Shown: one piece after another, positions 25,503 through 37,740 of the stretch
How the letters are laid out: each line of letters starts with the position of its first letter
Numbering within the stretch: the stretch's first letter is position 1
DNA from: Felis catus
Taxonomy: Eukaryota
Direction: 5' to 3'
Length of the DNA: 64,000 bases
Assembly (NCBI RefSeq): GCF_018350175.1
Contig: NC_058375.1
Location: forward strand, 209,560,001 to 209,624,000
Notes under the pieces: model-generated
Told to the model about the DNA's origin: nothing
The model's input: only the letters and a program-made list of their open reading frames with translations
The model's database searches: none
Translations under genes and position numbers: made by a program

Positions 25503-25769
25503 TTCAATGAAGTCTTAGATAAGACGAAGTGTCCAAGAGCAGAACTGTTGGTAGACTGCCATCAGAGCTCATTGCATTCAGAAATTCATGAAAATGTAAA
25601 GACATTTCCAAATCAGTGGGTCTGAGAGAAGTGGAAGGAAACCAGAGTCAGAGATCCAAAAAAAAAAAAAAAAAAAAGAATTCCTTATGACAGAGGCATC
25701 TGAGAAACCATGAAGGATGTTGATTCATTCAGGAGTTAACCTTCATTTGCCTGCAACTCAATCCATTTC

Positions 25770-25960
25770 TGACCAGTTCTGACAACCTGAGAGACTTCAC
25801 ATCCACAAGCCTCAGTTCCTTCCTCGTGAAATGGGTTCCATGACAGTATCTGTCTCCTAATATTGTTAAGAAGACTAACTGAGTTAATACAGGTAGCTCT
25901 TGCTTCCTTGCTTATAGATAGAACCCAATAAATGTTAGCTATACTATTTATTATTGTTAT
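25770..25960 (+). mobile_element. MIR SINE
   Basis: gcctcagttccttcctcgtgaaatggg..tgagttaatacagg..aataaatgttagcta. Confidence 0.82.
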
Positions 25961-27039
25961 TATTCTAGGAAAACAGAAAGCTTGCACAGCATCACCAAAT
26001 TACTGAACGTTCTTGACTTACAGAATCAAATCTCTATTCTTTGGAGCTATAATGCGATACCTAACTTCAGAATAAGACCACAAAGAAAATGTTCCTGTAT
26101 ACAGAGGAATTTAGTTATCACTCCAGTCTTTGGCCATGAATTTCAGGGATCTAATTCCCTATTGGGGAATAACAAACTTGGAAGAACCATGGAGTAGTTA
26201 TTACACAATTAGTACTAAGCAAGAACCAACTAAGTAGAACAGGGGAGTTAAAATAGCCTGAAAGGAATTGTATAAATGATCACTAAATTTGCCAGGGAAT
26301 CAATAGGAAAATGCAAGCTGTCTTAGTTCTAGCTCGCTCTGACAGTAGGTAAAACAGACCACGTCATGTCTCTGGGCGTACGTCCCACCCTTGGCCAAAG
26401 AGATTTTGGATTTCCTCAGATGATCATTCCAGATTTAAAAGTGCTACGATTACGCTCCCAGCAACACTGAAAGTATTATCATTTGTTGTGAGAGCACAGA
26501 TAATCAGAGTAGCACAAACTTGTAACTTCTTTTTCAAATTACCTACTTAATATTTCGAATAGGTAATAGATTCATGTGATCCCAGAACTAAAAGTATGAA
26601 AAGATATACTATAAAAAGGCTTTCTTCACCTATTTGGTTTCAGTTACTCCCTCACGACACACACGCACATGTGTGCAGCACCACTTACTATGATTTTGCC
26701 TTCTTGTTATCTTTTCAGATGATATTTATAAATTTATACATTCCAGATAACACAAACATATCTTTTCTCTTCCTTTCTACATGCTGATAATATGTGATGC
26801 TCTTTCCTCTGCACCTTGCTTTTTTTTTTTTTTTTCACTTAACAATGTATCTTGGAGATATTTCCATACCAGCAATGGAGATGTTCCTCATTCTTTCTCT
26901 CTCTCTTACAGGGACAGAACAGTCCATTGTGTGTATGTATCATAATTTATATACTAGTCCTCATTGATGACTACACACGTTTCCACTTCTTTCTATTTTA
27001 ATACAAAACCTTTTTAGTTAAAAAAAAATGGACATTGTA

Positions 27040-27184
27040 GGGTGCCTGGGTGGCTCAGTCAGTTAAGCATCTACTCTTGATTTCAGCTCAGGTCATGATC
27101 TCGTGGGTTTGTGGGATCAAGCCCCACTTGGAGCTTTGCACTGACAGCATGGATCCTGCTTGGGATTCTCTCTCTTCCTTGCGC

Positions 27185-27226
<42 letters not shown>

Positions 27227-27478
27227 TTTCTCTTTTTCAAAAGAAATAAATAGGAGCACCTAGGTGGCTCAGTTGGTTAAGCATGTGACTCTTGATTTCA
27301 GCTCATGATTTCACGGTTCCTGAATTCGAGCCCTGCATTCGTTTTCTCTGCTGTCAGTGTGGAACCTGCTTCAGATCCTGTCACACCCCCCTCTCTCTGC
27401 CCTTCCCCCACTGATGCACACGTGCTCTCTCTGTCTCAAAAATAAGAATTTACAAATAAATAAATGCATAAACATTTT
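27040..27478 (+). mobile_element. Can-SINE (outer) carrying a second SINE in its tail
   Basis: Outer TSD aaaaaatggacattg at 27023-27037 and 27479-27493. Confidence 0.93.
27253..27453 (+). mobile_element. Can-SINE (nested)
   Basis: TSD aaataaata at 27244-27252 and 27454-27462. Confidence 0.92.
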
Positions 27479-27579
27479 AAAAAATGGACATTGAATATTA
27501 TCAAATGCCTTTTCCACATACATTGGGACAAATGACTCTCATAGCTTTAGCTACTGACTTGCTAAATTATGTTAAACAT

Positions 27580-27816
27580 CTTTTTATTTTTATTTTTATT
27601 GTTTAAGTTTATTTATTTATTTTGAGAGAGAGAGAGAGAGAGAGAGAGCGTGCATGTGAGTGGGAGAGGGGCAGAGAGAAAGGGAGGGAGAGAGAATCCT
27701 AGGCAGGCTCCACACCGTCAGTGCAGAGCCCAATGCGGGACTCAAACTCAGGAACAGTGAGATTATGACCTGAGCCGAAGTTGGATGTTTAACCAACTGA
27801 GCCATCCAGGTGCCCC
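27580..27816 (-). mobile_element. Can-SINE
   Basis: Typical head and tail. Confidence 0.95.
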
Positions 27817-28344
27817 AAACTTTTTGTTTTCAAATCATCTTATGTTCCTTAAATAACCCCCATGTGACTATGATTTATTTTTTTAATAAAGAAGAAGTTA
27901 TTCTTCTTGCTAGAGTCCTGTCTGCTAGTATGTCATCTAGGATTTTTGCATTGATAGCCATGTAATTTTGTTTATGGCTTTCTTTTTGTGCTATCTCTGT
28001 TGGGTTGTGAGATCAGTACTACCCTTGCCCTGTAAGAATCACTTAGAAGCTTTCCTTCTTCTGTTCTACAACACCCTGAGTAACACAGGAGTTACCTGTT
28101 GTAAAGATTTGGTAGAACTTCTTTGTAAAACTGGGCCTGGGGCTTTCCAAGGATTTGCTTTCACAAACTGCTCTGTTTTATTTATATTATTTTTCCAGTG
28201 TACATTTTAGTTTAGTTTAGTTTTGTTTTTTTAAGGTTCAGGAACAGAAGGTTGGGTTTACCAGACTCCTCAATTCATGGTACATCATTATCATGTGTTT
28301 CACAAGGACCCCCCCCCTTTCCAATTTTTAAAAGCATCTGTTCC

Positions 28345-28560
28345 TGGGGTGTCAGGGTGGCTCAGTCAGTTGAACGTCTGTCTTTGGCTTAGGTCATGAT
28401 CTCACAGTTCTTGAGTTTGAGCCCCATATCGGGCTCTCGGCTGTCAGTGCAGAGACCACTTTGGATCCTCTCTCCTTCTTTCTCTGCCCCTGCCCCATCT
28501 GTGCTCACTCTCCCTCTCTCAAAAATAAATAAACATTAAAAATTTAAATTAAAAAAATTG
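28345..28560 (+). mobile_element. Can-SINE
   Basis: TSD aaagcatctgtt. Confidence 0.95.
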
Positions 28561-28646
28561 TTTAAAGCATCTGTTTCTTTTACCCCTCATGTCCTCTCCC
28601 ATCCTCGTCCCCATAATACAGGCAACTATTCTAATATGTTTAATGA

Positions 28647-28736
28647 GGGTGATGGGCATTGAGGAGGGCACCTGTTAGGATGAGCACTGGGTGTTGTATG
28701 GAAACCAATTTGACAATAAATTATATTTAATAAAAA
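28647..28736 (+). mobile_element. 90-bp 5'-truncated felid L1 3' end
   Basis: gggtgatgggcattgaggagggcacctg..ggaaaccaatttgacaataaa; 14-bp TSD aatatgtttaatga. Confidence 0.9.
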
Positions 28737-28759
28737 AATATGTTTAATGAACGTCTTTC

Positions 28760-28816
28760 TATATATGTGTGTGTGTGTATATATATATAGACAGATAGAT
28801 ATCCTTGCAAAGTGCA

Positions 28817-28852
<36 letters not shown>
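28760..28852. repeat. Compound (TA)n/(TG)n/(CG)n microsatellites
   Basis: Directly visible. Confidence 0.9.
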
Positions 28853-28854
<2 letters not shown>

Positions 28855-29631
28855 GGCATTCTTTTATCTCCATAAATGGTGTTGTGCTATGTGTCTTATT
28901 CCTTTCGTTACCTTTTCTCTCAAGCACTATGTTTTAAGACCCATTCATGTCACTTTGCAAACATGAAATCCGCTGCTTCTAACTGGTGCAATAGATTCCA
29001 AAGTGTGCATCCTCCTGATTTTAAAATACTGCCCTCTTCCAGCAATGGGCACCCAGGTGGTCCTCTGTGCCCCACCTTCCACCATCAAGTGGCTCTGCAG
29101 TGTCCTTGTACCTGGCCTCCTTGGAAACCAACGTGAGAATTCACTGGTAGAAAGGCCAGGCCACAGGGGATGTCCTGTTTCATTGAGTAAATAGCTGAGC
29201 AGCCTACAGTCCTGCTAACAGTGTGTAAGGATTTCTCCTCTTTGAACCCTACTGATTGTCTAGTTTTCTAATTGTTGTCCGATAGGTACACACCAATATA
29301 CCATTGTTACTTTAAATTTGCTTTTGATTTCTCTTCAAATACAAGCTTTCCAAATACTGTCCTCTTCAGTGTCCTGCCTTTTCATATCCTTTGCCCATTT
29401 TTTCTAACGGACTTGCTCTAATTTTCTTTTTGGTTTTCAAGGGTTTCTTGATTAATCTGGATATTAGTCCTTGGCTTTAGACAGTGCAAATGCCTCTCTT
29501 ATTCTGTCCTTGATCTATCCACTTTGGTCATGATGACTTTTGTGGACTAGCAGTCTTTAATGTAATCAGTTTTCTCAGAATTTTCGTTTATGGTCTTGCT
29601 TTTGAGGTTTTACAGGAAAGTTTTTTCCTGC

Positions 29632-30466
29632 TAACTTTCTGACCACCAGTTCCAATTCGGGGCGGGGTCGGGGGGGGGATGGGTGTTGTCCTACACATCC
29701 AAGCAATTCTCTGGCACCAGCTGAATATCCTACAGTTCATCTCCATTGTGACCCCATTCAACTGGAGATGACATCAGATCCCACAACTTAAGAGCTCAGT
29801 CCCACAAGACTGCCCCCTACTTGAGGTGCCAGTCTCAAGAACATGTTGTCACCTGTGCTTCCGACTGCCTGGCTCTAGATTGGAGGTTCCAGTGACCCCC
29901 TCCTTAAGCCTGATTAATTTGCTAGAGCAGCTCACAGGACTCAGAGAAATATTTTACTTACTAGGTCACTGGTTTATTATAAAAGGGTATAATCAGGATA
30001 GCCCAATGGAAGAAGTGGAAAGAACAAGGTACGGGAGAAGGGCGTAGAGCTTTCATGCACCCTCTGAGTACTCCATTCACCCGAAATCTCCATGTGTTTA
30101 TCAACCCAGAAGCTCTCTGAGCCCCATCCTTTGGGCTTTTTGTGGAAACTTTGTTCCATAGGCATGATTAATTAAACCACTGGCCATGGGTTATTGAAAC
30201 CAGTCTACAGCCTGTCTCCCCTCCCTGGCGGTTGGGAAGATGGGGCTGAAAGTTCTAACCCTCCAACCTCAAGGTCAGCTCTCCTATAACCAGCCCTCCA
30301 CCCCCTTAGCTTACCTAGGCACTTTGCAAAAGTCACTTCATTAACATAAGAAAAGACACCTTTATTGCTCTTGTCACTTAGGAAATTCCGATCGTTTTAG
30401 GAGCTCTGTGCCAGAAATGGGACAAAGAGCAAATATTTATTTATTATCATAAATCACAACATCATA
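29632..30466 (-). mobile_element. ERVL-class solo LTR (MER21-like)
   Basis: Minus strand begins tatgatgttgtgatttatgataat..tggcacagagctcctaaaac; gagctcagtcccacaagactgcccc; 5-bp TSD CCTGC/CTTGC. Confidence 0.85.
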
Positions 30467-30968
30467 CTTGCTCGAGGTAACAAAGATATTCTTCTGAATT
30501 TTCTTCTACCAACTTGTTTGTTCTTTTTTTCTTTGATATTTAATTATCTAATTAAATCCATTTCAAGTTTACCTTTAGGTGAGATATTCGGGAAGAATCT
30601 AGTTGGATTTTCCTCCAAGTTTTTCTAATACCACCTTAATTGGATATGTAGTTATGATGGTTAACTTTATGTGTCAACTTGCCTGGGCATGGTGTTCAGA
30701 TAAGTGGTCATACATTATTCTGCATGTTTCTGTGAGGGTACTTTTGGTTGAAATTAACACTTAAATGACTTGAGTAAAGCAGGCTGCTCTCCATAATGTG
30801 AGTGGGTCTCATGCAATCAGTTGAAAGCCCAAAAAGAACAGAAGACGGACCTCTGGGAAGAGGAAACCCAGCTCTTCTGCGGGTATCCAGCTTCTGTGGG
30901 TATCCAGCTTGCCGGCTCACCCTGTAGACTTTGGATTTGCCAGCCTTCATAATCATGTGTTATTACTT

Positions 30969-31490
30969 TGTTAAATTAACGTTGGTTAAGCAGAGGCCCA
31001 GAGAGCTGGATGGTGAGTCCTGGTTCAACGAAGACCACAAGAGACATCAAAATCAAGAGTTTTATTACTCACAGGTGTCAGAAGAAGTACACAGCATTCC
31101 TCAAAATTCCACCATAGGAAGGTCAAGGGAGGGAGCAGGAGAGAACGTGATGGGATCGGAGGCACATGCCTTTCTCAGCATCTGTGGGTGAGGTGCTTTG
31201 GGGGTTCCCCAGACTAAGGCAAGATTGAAATTCAAATTTAAAAAGCAGGGTGTTTGTAAGCTGCATGAGGATTCTATCTAAGCAATGCACAAAGGGAACA
31301 TTTGGGAGTCTGAGAGACTGTTTATTACAAGGCCTTGGTGGAAGTCACATCAATAACCTACATTTACTTGTGACCTGGAGGGTGTTATCTAGAACATGGG
31401 CTTGCATGAGGGGCAAGAGTCAGTTTAAGGCCCCCAGTGGCTGTTTGGCCAAATTAAATGGATGCCAAGGCAGCAGTACCCTGGAGTAGT
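30969..31490 (-). mobile_element. Unassigned LTR nested in the MLT2-like element
   Basis: Starts TGTT, interrupts the host near its polyA region, minus-strand AATAAA (ttttattactcacagg). Confidence 0.55.
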
Positions 31491-31492
31491 TT

Positions 31493-31532
31493 ATCTATCT
31501 ATCTATCTATCTATCTATTTTTAATGTTTATT

Positions 31533-31564
<32 letters not shown>

Positions 31565-31717
31565 CAAGGGAGGGGTAGAGAGAGGAAGACAAAGGATCTG
31601 AAGCAGGATCCGCACTGATAGCATTGAGCCCCACGTGGGGCTTGAATTCACAAACTGTGAGACCATGACCTGAGCTGAAGTCAGACACTTAACCAACTGA
31701 GCCACACAGGGACCCCA
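31493..31717 (-). mobile_element. Can-SINE with adjacent (ATCT)n
   Basis: Typical body; head abuts the gap. Confidence 0.93.
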
Positions 31718-31908
31718 NNNNNNNNNNNNNNNNNNNNNNNNNNNNNNNNNNNNNNNNNNNNNNNNNNNNNNNNNNNNNNNNNNNNNNNNNNNNNNNNNNN
31801 NNNNNNNNNNNNNNNNNNNNNNNNNNNNNNNNNNNNNNNNNNNNNNNNNNNNNNNNNNNNNNNNNNNNNNNNNNNNNNNNNNNNNNNNNNNNNNNNNNNN
31901 NNNNNNNN
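31718..31908. other. Assembly gap
   Basis: N run. Confidence 1.
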
Positions 31909-33831
31909 GTCTCTCTAGAGAACCCTACCTAATACTTAGTTTTAGCTTTACACATAATTTATTAAGAACCATACATTCAGGGCTCTGTCCTTAAGCTCTT
32001 TATCCTGATCATTGGAATGATTTGCTATTAACACTCCTTTCATAAAACTAAACCTGTGACTTCTGTCATAACACCTGGTAAGACAAATCTCTCTCTTTGT
32101 CTCCTTTTTTTGATTGACTTAACAATTTGTAGAACTTTATTCCTCCAGGTGCATTTTAGGATAAATTTATTGTTTCTTTTTAAAAATCCAAATGTAAATT
32201 TGATGAGGGTTGTACTGAAATTATAGGTAAATTTGTTGCAACCAAGAGCATGAGTATCTTTAGCATCCGTATTTTTTAAATCTTCCTTGTTTCCAAGTAA
32301 ATTTATCTCAAAGTTCTGCTTGCTGCCACACAATTTTAAAAAACCAACTTTATTGAGATCAAATTTAAATTGAATTCAGTATAGTAATTTTAAGTGGACA
32401 GGTTGACATCTTAACTTATGTATCCCACTGAGTAACCATAGTCACATTTCCACAACCTTCCAAAACGTTCCTTCATCCCCCTTGTCAATCTTTCCTGATC
32501 CTTCACCAAAGGAACCGCTAATTTGCTTTCTAGTACTATAGATCAGTTTTGCCTTTTCCAGAACTTTATATAAATGGAAACATAAGCTACTATTTTATGC
32601 CTGGTGTTATTTACTCAGCATAATGTCTTTGAGGTACATCCCTGTTGTTGAGTGTATCAATAGTTCATTCCTTGTTATTCCTGAGTGATATCCCACTGTA
32701 TAGATATACCACAATCTGTTGAGCTGTTCACCCATTAGTGAACATTTGACTTGTTTCCAATTTGGGGCTACTATGAAGAAGTCTGTGAACGTTTTGTACA
32801 AACACGTGTGTTGTCTCACAAACTCTGAACTATAGTATTCTCATATCATTCATTACTAAATACTTTTTTCTTTACAATTTTCACTTTAACTTGAGAGTTA
32901 TATAATTATATGTTACCTAGTTTCCAAAAATATGAATTTTAGGCTTCTTTCTTGCTATTTTCTAATATTTCCAGTTCCTATCTATTCTGGGATCAGTTTT
33001 TATAACTCGTCCTAGAAAACGTATCCATTACAACCAAGTTCACACATTTATTTTTATGGAGTGATGCAGTGTATTCTCTGAGAGACTTTTAATCCCCTTT
33101 CCTGTGTTTCTTTTCTCATTATTAGTTTATATAGTCTTCACTTTGTGTCTTCCTTTTTCACTTATTTAAATTAGCTGACGGTTTTGTTTTGTGTTGCTTC
33201 TTTTAAAAAAAACAGATTTGGGTTTTTCATTTTCTACTGTACTCTTTATTTTCTCAATTAATTTATGTTCTCTTCTTTCATACTTTCTCTTACTTTCCTT
33301 TGATTTATTCTCCCCTCTTTGTTAGTTTATTTTCATTTTTTATTACATGTAAATGGAGTAGAGTAGAATTCATACCTTTATAACATGGTTCTGACAGGTA
33401 GTGTTTTTGTTTTCATTATTTCCTAAATAACTTCGGTTCTGCAGTCTCAGTTTTGAATTCCTGTTTGACCCAAGAGTTACCTAAGAAAATTCCAGTCAGT
33501 AGAGCTTTTGTTGTTGATTGTTTTCTTCTATTTTTTTTTCCATTTATGAGCAAGAGATGATTTTTGTACAGGTTGGACTTTGCTTAGTTTTCTCTGTGTA
33601 CTGATATGTGGTCTTTTTTTGTGAATGTTCCATGGACACATAGGGAAAAAGGTATGGTCTGTGTTTGTGAAACAAAGTATGAGATATACCAACTAGATTT
33701 TGGTTGTTAATTTTGTTGTATAAGTATTTTTCTGTTTTTATTACTTTTTATTCACTTGATCCACCCTGGACTAATAGAATGCATGCAAGTCTTTTGCTAG
33801 AAAGTATTTTTGTTTTGTTTTTAATTTGTTA

Positions 33832-34028
33832 ATGTTTTATTTGTTTTTGAGAGAGACAGAGCATGAGTGGGGGAGAGGAAGAGAGAGAAGGAGACAGAGA
33901 ATCCAAAGCAGACTCCAGGCTCTGAGCTGTCAGCACAGAGCCTGATGTGGGGCTTGAACCCATGAACTGCGAGATCATGACCTGAGCCGAAGTCAGACAC
34001 TTAACTGATTGAACCACCCAGGCGCCCC
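33832..34028 (-). mobile_element. Can-SINE (innermost of a triple nest)
   Basis: TSD taatttgtta/taatttatta. Confidence 0.94.
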
Positions 34029-34039
34029 TAATTTATTAT

Positions 34040-34255
34040 TAAAAAAATGTTTTAATGTTTATTTGTTTTTGATAAAGAGAGAGAGAGAGGAGGAGGAGAA
34101 GGAGGGGCAGAGAGAGAGGGAGACAGAATCTGAAGTAGGCTCCAGGCTCTGAGCTGTCAGCACAGAGCCAGATGTGGGGCTGGAACCCACGAACTATGAG
34201 ATCATAACCTAAGCCAAAGTCAGATGCTTAACCAACTGAGCCACCCAGGTGCCCC
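34040..34255 (-). mobile_element. Can-SINE (middle of the triple nest)
   Basis: TSD ttgttttg(g)ttttta. Confidence 0.94.
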
Positions 34256-34264
34256 TTGTTTTGG

Positions 34265-34301
34265 TTTTTAGGGAAAGAGACAGAGTGTGAGTGGGGGAGA
34301 G

Positions 34302-34337
<36 letters not shown>

Positions 34338-34458
34338 CTTAAGCAGTCTCCACACAGTGTGGTTCCCAACGTGGGGCTCAATCCCATGACCCTGGGATCA
34401 TGACCTGAGCCAAAATCAAGAGTCAGATGCTTAACCAACTGAGCTACCTAGGTGCCCT
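34265..34458 (-). mobile_element. Can-SINE (outer of the triple nest)
   Basis: TSD tagaaagtatttttg/tataaagtaattttg. Confidence 0.93.
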
Positions 34459-34894
34459 TATAAAGTAATTTTGCCTGTATTTTCTATTGAATTTTTTTCT
34501 TTATGAATATAGATACTGTGTTCTTAGGCTTCTGTATATTCAAAACCATTAGATCCTTGCTCTGAATTGCACTCTTTATCATACTAAACTGTGATATATT
34601 ATAGTTATAAAGGCAACCAATAGATCGGAATTGTTATAGTTCTATTTCTGTCTCCCATGGCTCTTTCCTCTGCTATCAATTTTGCTTTGTAATATTGAGT
34701 TTTACACTTTGAATATATGTTTACTTCTACCATTTGGTTTATCACCTATAAATTGTGTTTTGTCTCTTCACCTGAAAGATCAGGAAATCAGCACATCTAC
34801 ACGACCTCCTTCGCATCACACTGTAAAAATCACATCGACATCATCTCTTTCAGTTCCCTGAAAACACACTGGTATCAATCTAAATGGAATCTAC

Positions 34895-35530
34895 TGTGAC
34901 TGGCAGGGCTTTTGCTGTGCTTTCGATTCTAGTTGCCAGCCCGCCCCCAACAGGTCTGAGACTCAGAAGAGAGGAGGCCTTTGTCCCCGTCCTGTGAGGA
35001 CCACAGTGTATAGGTCCAGTGCCGGGAAGACTAAGGGGAATGCAGTCCATTTGGAGACTGGGAATCTGGAGCCATAGGCAGGGGACTTGGTCCAAAGCAC
35101 CGAGTCCAGCAGCAGAGAGAGGGCAAAGCAGAGAAAACAGGAAGGACTTGTCTGTGAACGCAGCCGATGTGTCCCTGAAAACTCGAGGAAAATCTGGTCA
35201 GAGGTATTTCAAGGAACATAAAACCTACTAAGTAGATGGGGTCACCGAATCGTGAAAACTTGGGTTTAAGTGGTAACGTGATCATATGTGACCCCTCCCT
35301 CAGGCTAGATAGGCCTGGGAACGTTTAGACTACATCTGAACTGAAGACGTGACTCAGGAAGAAAATATATTTTGTTTTGTAGATAAATAGTGAGGTTTAC
35401 TTAAACAGAAATGTGAGATAATAAATGTTTATTTGAAGCTCTTACTCTAATAGATACAGATGTGTGCTTTTGTCTTTAAATAATAATCAGAGTTAGAGCT
35501 GGAGACCAGAAGAAAATACTCCCTATTACA
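34895..35530 (+). mobile_element. Possible ancient solo LTR, family unassigned
   Basis: TGTGA start, TTACA end, internal AATAAA near 35420, compositional jump from the flanking L1; no TSD seen. Confidence 0.35.
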
Positions 35531-36177
35531 AGCACTAGCTTCCTCTGCACTGAATTTAAAATCATCTTGTCGTTCTTGCCTTTCTGCCCTCAACGATCAC
35601 GTGCATGCTTGCGTGTATGCACACACACGCACACACACACACGCACACGCAGCCCTCTGGTGTTTGACTTCAACCCACTCCAACTGTCCAAATACCCCCG
35701 CCTCTCTCCCTTGAGTCATCAGGGGCACAAGGCCAGCAAAACAAAATCACCTTGTCACAAGCCTTCCCTGTTGCCCTCATCCAGAGGCCACTTCTTCCTT
35801 CTTTGAATTCCCATGACATTTTATCTGTGCCTCTCATGGAGCTTATCTCTTCCTGGCTTGTATGATCGTTGTTTACGTGTTTTAGACATCACGGTCAAGA
35901 GGAAAGAACAACCACCGGCCGTAAGGTCAGACCTGTCTGAGGATAGATCCCAGGTCTGTCCCTCACTAGGTAGGTGGTCTTGGGAAAATACCAATGCTTG
36001 GAAGCCTCATTTAGGGGTGGGAGGGCAAAATATAAGAACGATATTCTCTCTCAATTGTTTTGCAGATTGGGGATAGCATCCTTAAGACACAGTGCTTGGG
36101 AAAATCCCCAGAGAAGTCAATCATTGTTATCATTATCATTATTTGTGATGCTATTTCTTACATCCCCTACTGAAGTA

Positions 36178-36665
36178 TTTATTTATCCACTTATTCAACA
36201 GATATTTATTGAAGACAAAGTCTGTGTCAGGCACTGGGGGCCACATGGAGAAAAAGACAGAGGGTCTGCGGGATAAAGGCAGAAAATAAACAAGTAAACA
36301 AATAAATACAGAGATAATTGCAGATGAAGACTGCACTGTGAAGAAAGTAAACATGTGCAGTGGACGGCTAGAGAGGCAGGGGCGATGAGCCAAGGCCACT
36401 CCGGGAAGGGAGCGTTTGGACTGAGTGGTGTCCCGGGGGATGAGAAGAAAGCACCTATGAGAAGTTCTGAAGCCAGGCATTTTGGAAGAGGGGGCGTGAA
36501 TGTGATGGCTCTGGGGGGGGGGGGGGAGGAGCTGACAGCACAGGGAGTGAAGGGAAGCATGCAGAGGTCAGGTGGGAAGAGACAGGGGCCAGTCCCTCAG
36601 GGCCAGGCTGGCCCTGATGAAGAGTGCGGATTTTATTCTCAGTGCATTGGGAACATTCTGGAAGA
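36178..36665 (-). mobile_element. L2 fragment
   Basis: attcaacagatatttattga..tgtgtcaggcactg; ggattttattctcagtgcattgggaa. Confidence 0.8.
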
Positions 36666-37627
36666 CCTGGCTCACTGGCTCATACTCAGTGTTATATCTG
36701 CCATTGTGCTTGGGGAGCTGTTACCCAGCAGCCAGCCCACAGATTTTTATGAAAGGTAGAGGAAGGGAAGGGAGGAAGACAGGAAGGGAGAAAGAGAGAG
36801 GAGGGAGAGAAGATCCTGGTAGACACCCACACAGATGAATCTGATGGCTCTCCCCCTTGTTGGGGGCTCAAGGACAGACCGAGGCCGACCTTGGCGGGTG
36901 GAGAAAACTTCCATCCTCCTGTGAACATTTGTTGTCACACTGGTCTCTTTCCTCGGGTGGTCCCAGATGGCGGTGGGGGCTGGGGAGCTGGGAGGTCTTC
37001 GAGAAGAACAGACTCCTGGCTGCCTCTGGCTTTCAGGTCACAGATAACAACTGTCAGATGGTCTCACTGTGAAGCAATAAGCTTCCCCAAAACAAAGAGG
37101 CCGGCCCAGCTCCAGAAGAGCCGCAGTCTGGACAAAACACACAAGCCTGGAAAAAATTAAAAGTTCATGAGCGACTGAACAAAGCACCTCGGGGAAATGC
37201 AAGGGGTTAACCATAAGTAAGCACACGATGTTCCCGAGCCCCTGAATGCACGGTGGAAAAACAATCGCACATCCTTGGTAAAGGGGAAAAAGAAACCAGC
37301 AGAGAGACAAGTCCGTGTTCCCGTGCGAGAACTAAAAATAATGCTGTGCGAGGTTGGCTCAGCCCTAAAATGGAGGGAAAGAAACGAAAGGCAGGAGAAG
37401 GGATGAAACATGGTAAGAAGAAGTTGGCCAGAAGCAGGGTCTGCGCCGCGCTGCCTGGTTCCTTTGTCTTGGGCAGTATGCTCTCTCCACAGCGTGGGGT
37501 GGCTGAACCATGCCATAGCAGGGTCCCCTGGACACCCTCCTCTCTAAGAGCCCTGTGACAGAGACAACCCGCATTATAAACGAGGCAGAAACAGCCTCTT
37601 CTTACATATTTTTCTTCATTAATTTTG

Positions 37628-37740
37628 TTTTTTTAATATAATTTATTGTCAAATTGGTTTCCATAAAACACCCAGTGTTCATCCCAACAAGTGCCCTCTT
37701 CAATGCCCATCAGCCATTTTCCCCTCTCCCCCACCCCCCA
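37628..37740 (-). mobile_element. 113-bp 5'-truncated felid L1 3' end
   Basis: tttattgtcaaattggtttccata..caatgcccatca; perfect 18-bp TSD ttttcttcattaattttg. Confidence 0.92.

Larger units (their letters stand above)
26530..30640 (-). mobile_element. Old fragmented L1 (L1M) sequence hosting multiple younger insertions
   Basis: ttttcacttaacaatgtatcttggagatatttccat; ttgaatattatcaaatgccttttc; atatcctttgcccatttttct. Confidence 0.65.
30652..31935 (+). mobile_element. ERVL LTR (MLT2-like) interrupted by another LTR, a SINE and a gap
   Basis: tgatggttaactttatgtgtcaacttg start; gtctctctagagaaccctacctaatac end. Confidence 0.85.
31940..34760 (-). mobile_element. Old L1 fragments (ORF2-derived remnants plus an L1MB/MC-like 3' piece at about 32340-32815)
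   Basis: ttccaggtgcattttaggataaattt; atagatcagttttgccttttccagaactttatataaatggaa; ttttgtgaatgttccatg. Confidence 0.7.

Noticed and set aside
31940-33700. Intact L1 ORF2 or an active element
   Set aside because: Only short degenerate ORF2-like peptide remnants (32040-32333, 32607-32819) with many stops.
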